From Eledone cirrhosa (lineage: Eukaryota), in the NCBI GenBank assembly GCA_964016885.1, contig OZ024766.1:17112001-17176000 (forward strand): a DNA stretch of 64,000 nt, in the 5' to 3' direction. The notes under the pieces are model-generated. The model worked only from the letters and a program-made list of their open reading frames with translations, did no database searches and was not told the DNA's origin. How positions within the stretch are numbered: the stretch's first letter is position 1; each line of letters starts with the position of its first letter. Shown in pieces: positions 56,082 through 64,000 of this stretch. Both the position numbers and the translations under genes were made by a program.

Positions 56082-56152
<71 letters not shown>

Positions 56153-56579
56153 CAAAGGAAGTGTGGTAAGGAACCAGGTGGACCATAACCCACCAGAGTA
56201 CTCAATATTTAGGGTAGTAGAGTGGGTAATAGGAAAAGAGTCAGGACTCCGATGGCTGAACTCAAGCCATTTCGACAGTTAGATCTCAACTGTTCGGTTC
56301 TAGCTGTCGAAACAGCCAAAGCTCTGCCGTCGGGGTCCTGACTCCATTTCTATATATATATATTTATTAAAATAACAGATTAAAATTTAAGCAAAGAATC
56401 ACTGCTTTCACCCTTAACGGGATCCTCTGAAGATCCCGTTAAGGGTGAAAGCAGCGATTCTTTGCTTAAACTTTAATCTGTTATTTTAATAAATATTTTC
56501 TCTAGGGTTCTTATATATTTGATATATATTTATCCTTATCGAGCCCTCTTTGGATTTTAGTCTTCACATTTATTATTAT

Positions 56580-56615
<36 letters not shown>

Positions 56616-57034
56616 GGAAAAAATGAAACAAAATTTCATTTCTCACTCTTAGTACGGCTGTTACTTAAATATAAGTATGTACACGTACATACATATATGT
56701 ATACAGATGTACAGTAGTATGTATATATACATACATGCACACATATATATATGTACTACATACATATATGTATACAGACGTACAGTAGTATATATATATA
56801 TATATACATACATGCACACATATATATATGTACTACATACATATATGTATACAGAGGTACAGTAGTATATATATATATATATATACATACATGCACACAT
56901 ATATATATGTACATATGGATTCACTGAACATTTATTATAATGCTCGGTGTGTTTGTAAACAAACATCCCGAATTAAGCCGTAGTGTCCAGCAACCATCGT
57001 TGCTCGTTTGTTCAACAATCTGGCAGGAAGGTAT

Positions 57035-57077
57035 ACGTTGTTGATGATAGCTAATAAGCTTGAAACTAGTACAGCGT
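57035..57077 (+). ncRNA. Hammerhead motif (U3 variant) in the loop of a long hairpin
   Basis: acgttg-TTGATGA-t agct aata agct t-GAA-ACTAGT-A-cagcgt. Confidence 0.7.
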
Positions 57078-57396
57078 TCCTTTGTCAGTGTTGAACAAAC
57101 GAGCAACGATGGTTGCTGGACACTACGGCTTCATGCGGGATGTTTGTTTACAAACACACCGAGCATTATAATAAATGTTCGGTGAATCCATACGTACATA
57201 TATATATGTGTGCATGTATGTATATATATATACATACTGCTGTACGTCAGTATACGTATATGTATGTACGTATACATACTTATATATATATATATATATA
57301 TACTCAATCTCTCACTATATATATAGAGATACGCACACAAATATATATATAAATACATATATATAAATATACACACACACACATATATATAAATAT

Positions 57397-57431
<35 letters not shown>

Positions 57432-57879
57432 CACACACATATACATATACATATATACACACAAATATATATATATATATACACAAAAATATATATATTT
57501 GTGTATATATATATATATATAAATCATTGTCATCAGAAAGAAAGAAAAAAGGGGAAGAAGGAAAGGAGGTGTGTGTGTGTGGGGGGGGGGGGGGGGTAAA
57601 GAAAAATAAAACAATGAAAAAAAGAAAGAAAAGAAAACACAAAAATGTTAAAAAAGAAAACACAAATAAATTAATTAATTAAACAAAACTCTTCTCCTTC
57701 ATTACCTTAATTAAAGCCAACGATACTTAATATGTTTGCCAATCGACATCGTTAACAATAATGATAATTATTTCATTAATAAAAGAAGGAAAAATACAAA
57801 AATTAACAAAAAAAAAAAAAATCTTTGTATATTTGTTGTTGTTGTAAGGGTAGGATGTGTTTTTGGAGGGTATATCTTG

Positions 57880-58620
57880 TTTTTAGACCTCTTTCTCATA
57901 CAAACCCTGGCCCCAGATTTATGAAACAAACCCAGCTAAATTTAAGTGTACCTATTTAAACCCTTTTTTGATATTAACCATGCCAGAAACTGGCCCCCAA
58001 ATCTATGAAACAAACCCAGCTAAATGTAAGTGTTCCTATTTAAACCCCTTTTTGATGCAAACCCTGCCGGAAACTGGCTCTCAAATCTATGAAACAAACC
58101 CAGCTATGTTAAAGTGTTCTTATTTAGACCCCTTTTTGATACAAACCCTGCCAAAAACTGGCCCTCAAATCTATGAAACAAACCCAGCTATGTTAAAGTG
58201 TTCTTATTTAGACCCCTTTTTGATACAAACCCTGCCAAAAACTGGCCCTCAAATCTATGAAACAAACCCAGCTCTGTTAAAGTGTTCTTATTTAGACCCC
58301 CTTTGTGATATGAACCAGGCCAAAAACTGTGCCCGGATCAATGAAACAAACCCAGCTAAGCTTGAGAGTTCTTACTAAAACCCTTTCTCAAACAAACCCT
58401 GGCCCCCAGAACAATGAAAGAAACCAAGCTATGTTAAAGTGTTCCTATTTAAACCCCTTTCTCATACAAACCCTGCCAAAATCTGGCCCCCAAATCTACG
58501 ATACAAACCCTTTTTGATATAAACCCTACCAAAAACTGGGCCCAGATCTCTGACTCAAACCCAGCAATGTTAAGGTGTTCTTATTTAGACCCCATCTCAT
58601 ACAAACCCTGCCAAACCTGA
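57880..58620. repeat. Diverged 84-bp minisatellite
   Basis: tcaaatctat at 58081, 58165, 58249. Confidence 0.8.
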
Positions 58621-58959
58621 TACAATACCACCCATTTTAACAGGTTCCTATTTAGATTAAGATCTTCCAACATAATTTTATATAAGAACCCCACATTAAG
58701 TTACTATAATAGTAATGAAATAATTAATAACTTTAGTAAAACCCTCAAAATTCTTCATTAATTAATTGAAATACAGGGTTCCTATTTAAATTAAAATCTT
58801 CCAACATAATTTTATATAAGAACCTTACATTAAGTTATCTTAGTAATGAAATAATTAATTTATCATTAATTAATTGAAAGGGATTGTATTTCATTATAGA
58901 TACAGTAAATAAATGTCCGGTAGAGCTCATGATTTGAGCCTTGACGATTATAGTTGGAC

Positions 58960-60595
58960 CAGGGTTAGTCAGTTATGCTCAGAAAAGTTAAGCTGAGCTA
59001 AGAATAGTTTGTCTGAGCCAGGAAAATATAATTTGAACTAAAGAGGACTCAGTTAAACCAGGATTAGTACAGTTGAGCTAACGAGAAGCCAGTTAAACTA
59101 AGAAAAGTTAAGCCGAGCTAAGAATAGTTTGTCTGAGCCAGGAAAATATAATTTGAACTAAAGAGGACTCAGTTAAACCAGGATTAGTACAGTTGAGCTA
59201 ACGAGAAGCCAGTTAAACTAAGAAAAGTTAAGCCGAGCTAAGAATAGTTTGTCTGAGCCAGGAAAATATAATTTGAACTAAAGAAGACTCAGTTGAACCA
59301 GGATTAGTACAGTTGAGCTAACGAGAAGTCAGTTAAGCTGAGAAAAGTTAAGCCGAGCTTAGAATAGTTTGTCTGAGCCAGGAAAATATAATTTGAACTA
59401 AAGAGGACTCAGTTAAACCAGGATTAGTACAGTTGAGCTAATGAGAAGCCAGTTAAACTAAGAAAAGTTAAGCCGAGCTAAGAATAGTTTGTCTGAGCCA
59501 GGAAAATATAATTTGAACTAAAGAGGACACAGTTAAACCAGGATTAGTACAGTTGAGCTAACGAGAAGCCAGTTAAACTAAGAAAAGTTAAGCCGAGCTA
59601 AGAATAGTTTGTCTGAGCCAGGAAAATATAATTTGAACTAAAGAGGTCTCAGTTAAACCAGGATTAGTACAGTTGAGCTAACGAGAAGCCAGTTAAACTA
59701 AGAAAAGTTAAGCCGAGCTAAGAATAGTTTGTCTGAGCCAGGAAAATATAATTTGAACTAAAGAGGACTCAGTTAAACCAGGATTAGTACAGTTGAGCTA
59801 ACGAGAAGCCAGTTAAACTAAGAAAAGTTAAGCCGAGCTAAGAATAGTTTGTCTGGGCCAGGAAAATATAATTTGAACTAAAGAGGACTCAGTTAAACCA
59901 GGATTAGTACAGTTGAGCTAACGAGAAGCCAGTTAAACTAAGAAAAGTTAAGCCGAGCTAAGAATAGTTTGTCTGAGCCAGGAAAATATAATTTGAACTA
60001 AAGAGGACTCAGTTAAACCAGGATTAGTACAGTTGAGCTAACGAGAAGCCAGTTAAACTAAGAAAAGTTAAGCCGAGCTAAGAATAGTTTGTCTGAGCCA
60101 GGAAAATATAATTTGAACTAAAGAGGTCTCAGTTAAACCAGGATTAGTACAGTTGAGCTAACGAGAAGCCAGTTAAACTAAGAAAAGTTAAGCCGAGCTA
60201 AGAATAGTTTGTCTGAGCCAGGAAAATATAATTTGAACTAAAGAAGACTCAGTTGAACCAGGATTAGTACAGTTGTGCTAACGAGAAGTCAGTTAAGCTG
60301 AGCTAAGAATAGTTTGTCTGAACCAGGAAAATATAATTTGAGCTGAAGAGGACTCAGCTGAACCAGGGTTAGTGCAGTTGAGCTAATGAAAAGTCAGTTA
60401 AGCTGAGCTAAAGAGGACTTAGTTGAACCAGGGTTAGTACAGTTGAGCTAACGAAAAGTCAGTTAAGCTGAGCTAAAGAGGACTCAGTTGAATCAGGGTT
60501 AGTGCAGTTGAGCTGAGCTAAGAATAGTTTGTCTGAGCCAGGAAAATATAATTTGAGCTAAAGAGGACTTAGTTGACCCAGGGAGAGTTAAGCTG
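58960..60595. repeat. 120-bp satellite built from roughly 20-bp subrepeats, 11 near-perfect units plus degenerate edge
   Basis: agaaaagttaagc recurs every 120 bp from 58981. Confidence 0.95.
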
Positions 60596-61034
60596 TGTGA
60601 GTGTATGTATTATATATGTATATATATATATGGGTGTGTGTGTGTATGTATATATATATGTATATATATGCGTATATGCATGCATATATATATATGTATA
60701 CATGCATATATGTGTATATGTATATATGCATATATATATATATATATAAAAATACAGTGTGTATATATGTTAGAAATTATAAAAACCAAACAGAGGAAGT
60801 TCAACCACCACAAATCTATATACACTTTATTTCAGTGTATATATTATATACACCTTAATATACACCTGCTTAATTATTGCATAAACACTTTATTATGTAC
60901 ACACACATATATACACCCATATGTGTGTGTATGCATAAATATATATATATATATATATGTATATACACACACCCATATATATATATATATATATCCACAG
61001 CCATACATTATTTAAATACACACATACATACATG

Positions 61035-61105
<71 letters not shown>

Positions 61106-61117
61106 ATGTGTGTGTAT

Positions 61118-61175
<58 letters not shown>

Positions 61176-61333
61176 ATACACACACACACACGCATATATA
61201 TACACACAGTGTCCCAAAAAAATGTATACGCACCTTGCTTAATGGTACAGGCAATATTTATTAGAATGCTGTATAAGTGTATACATTTTTGGGGTACACT
61301 CTGTATATATACACACACATATATAAGTGTGTG

Positions 61334-61388
<55 letters not shown>

Positions 61389-61606
61389 GTATATATATAT
61401 ATATATATATATACATACATTTATGTGTGTGTATATATACGAACATATATATATATATATATATTTATATACATACATGTATGTGTATATATATATATAT
61501 ATATATATACATACATATATATACATACACATATATATATTTATATATATATATATACACACATACATACATGTATGTGTGTATATATACATACATACAT
61601 ATATAT

Positions 61607-61654
<48 letters not shown>

Positions 61655-61906
61655 CTATATATACATTTATGTGTGTATATATACGTTATACATACATGCA
61701 TACACACACACACACACACACACTTCTCATCACACACACATACACACACGCCACATTAAAAACAGTCGAGGACGGCACACGGAGAAGATGGTGGGGGCGG
61801 GGGTGTTAGGCGGCGGGCGGGAGGGGGAGGTGTGTGTGTGGGTGGGGTGGGGGTCTAAACACCCCCCCCCCCCCCGAAAAAAAAAAAAACCCCGCGCCGA
61901 GCGGGC

Positions 61907-62119
61907 TCAGACGTCGCGGCACCTTGATTTGTGCCCCTTCTCGTGCCTTTTCCTCCTCTTCCTTTGGCAGGGGTCCCTGTCGACCCCACTGCCATCATCA
62001 TCATCACCACCACCACCACGCTTACTGCAGACACCACCACCACCACCACCATCACCACCATCATCATCATCATCATCACCGCCACCACCACCACGCTTAC
62101 TGCAGACACCACCACCACC

Positions 62120-62153
<34 letters not shown>

Positions 62154-62597
62154 CCACCACCATCACGATGACCAACATCAATAGAAACACCACCACCCCC
62201 GCCGCAAGCCTCGCCATCATCATCATCGTCGTCATATTCGAAGCGGCCCCCGCTCCCTTTCGCTCGGTTGGCATGGTGACGGCGGCGCTGCCGTCGGGCT
62301 GCCGTCGCCGTCGGAGGAGGGGGAGGAGAGGAGGGGCGGCGGCGGCGGTGGTGGTGGTTGTGGTGGTGGTGGTGGTGGTTGCGGTGGGGCTGCTGCTGCT
62401 GCTGCTGTTGGTGGTGGTGGTGGTGGAACGCCCCTCCGCCGCCGCCCCGCCGCTGCCCTCGCCCCGCCCCCCCCACACACGCTGATCACCTTCGAGTGGA
62501 TGCGCGCGGCCGCTTCCCCGGGCCTACTTCGGCCCCTCGCCTCCCCGTCACCTCCACCGCCGCCACCACCGCCACCACCACCACATTCCCCACCCTC

Positions 62598-62643
<46 letters not shown>

Positions 62644-62991
62644 CCACCATAATCAATGTCAAAGTGTCCATTGTTCCTGTAAGGGTCTGACAAGAGGGAT
62701 CGGGGTTTTGAAGGGGACCCACAGGGTTTATTCAAAGAAGCTGTTGGCCTCAAAACAACGCTCTTGGTAGCGACATGGCGCTTGGGGAGACCCTTATGGG
62801 TTTGTGGTTGGGGAACCCTCCAATCACCACCAGCATCATCATCATTGTCATCTTCGTAATTATAAGCCTCGTCGTTTTCATCGTTCCCACCACGACCACC
62901 AACAAAGTCTCCGCCATCTCTACCACCACCACCAAAGTCTCCGCCATCTCTACCACCATCTCTATCGTCAAAATCATCACGGTAGTGGTGG

Positions 62992-63023
<32 letters not shown>

Positions 63024-63207
63024 GGCCTTCTTGTTGGCGTCGTCGAGGAGTAAGCAGCTGGTAGCCAGCTTGCTCTTCACGGGGCCACTGCCGCAGCTGT
63101 TTGCTGTCCCAACACTGGCCGCAGATCCTGCGTTGTGTTTGGGCCACGTGCGAAAGGCTTTTGGTAACACGACTTCCATATGGAGACGAGGGGCGGATGG
63201 AAAGACC
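61907..63207 (-). CDS. Probable terminal exon of a second gene (N/D/G/H-rich low-complexity protein), possibly with a 1-nt frameshift in the C8 run at 62467-62474
   Basis: Strong polypyrimidine acceptor ...ctctcttacgttactccag at 63210-63208. The frame is open from the acceptor through ORF 62232..63179, and the shifted frame 61907..62476 ends in [19 protein letters not shown]-rich island in AT-rich DNA. Confidence 0.5.
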
Positions 63208-63264
63208 CTGGAGTAACGTAAGAGAGAAGGACAGAAATAATTAGGTTTAAAATAGTATTACTAG

Positions 63265-64000
63265 TAGACAGATTTACAGTATTACAGTAAAGACTTTAAT
63301 ATTTAATGTGATGTAGTCATAGTGTTGTTTTGTACTAAATGTTTATAGTATCTTTACTGGTGGACAGATTGTTGTGAATATTTACAGTATTACAGTAAAG
63401 ACTATAATATTTAATGTGATGTAGTCTTAGTGTTGTTTTGTACTAAATGTTTATAGTATCTTTAGTGGTGGACAGATTGTTGTGAATATTTACAGTATTA
63501 CAGTAAAGACTTTAATATTTAATGTGATGTAGTCATAGTGTTGTTTTGTACTAAATGTTTATAGTATCTTTAGTGGTGGACAGATTGTTGTGAATATTTA
63601 CAGTATTACAGTAAAGACTTTAATATTTAAAGTGGTGTAGTCATAGTGTTGTTTTGTACTAAATGTTTATAGTATCTTTAGTGGTGGACAGATTGTTGTG
63701 AATATTTACAGTATTACAGTAAAGACTTTAATATTTAAAGTGGTGTAGTCATAGTGTTGTTTTGTACTAAATGTTTATAGTATCTTTACTGGTGGACAGA
63801 TTGTTGTGAATATTTACAGTATTACAGTAAAGACTTTAATATTTAATGTGATGTAGTCATAGTGTTGTTTTGTACTAAATGTTTATAGTATCTTTACTGG
63901 TGGACAGATTGTTGTGAATATTTACAGTATTACAGTAAAGACTATAATATTTAATGTGGTGTAGTCATAGTGTTGTTTTGTACTAAATGTTTATAGTATC
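63265..64000. repeat. 108-bp satellite running off the window end
   Basis: atttaatgtg at 63301, 63409, 63841. Confidence 0.95.

Noticed and set aside
54163-58517. ORFs with 24-aa and 28-aa repeats
   Set aside because: Satellite units; 2-bp indels break the frame in the 72-bp array and no gene signals were found

Overview
Repeat-rich eukaryotic genomic DNA; the repeat repertoire resembles an octopus/coleoid cephalopod, which is inference only. The main gene is a minus-strand, intron-containing tandem cyclic-nucleotide-binding-domain gene (CNBD2-like) that the ORF track mostly misses. Eight phase-compatible exons (28207 down to a stop at 9370; 1284 bp, 427 aa) were joined by hand. They are probably preceded by a 4.3-kb low-complexity exon (36251-31959). 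A second, low-complexity minus-strand terminal exon lies at about 63207-61907. The rest is (TA)n/(CA)n/(CAC)n microsatellite, LINE fragments (RTE, Tx1/L1-like, CR1/L2-like), tRNA-head SINEs with RTE tails, MITEs and at least nine satellite arrays, several visibly derived from mobile elements. The most striking hidden signal is a dense set of type I hammerhead-ribozyme motifs from about nine unrelated sequence families. Most sit between (TA)n tracts, and many are in fold-back palindromes that put a ribozyme on each strand and often turn at or next to the ribozyme core. This fits Penelope-like or retrozyme-type non-autonomous elements. All folds were read by eye and none is computationally or experimentally verified.
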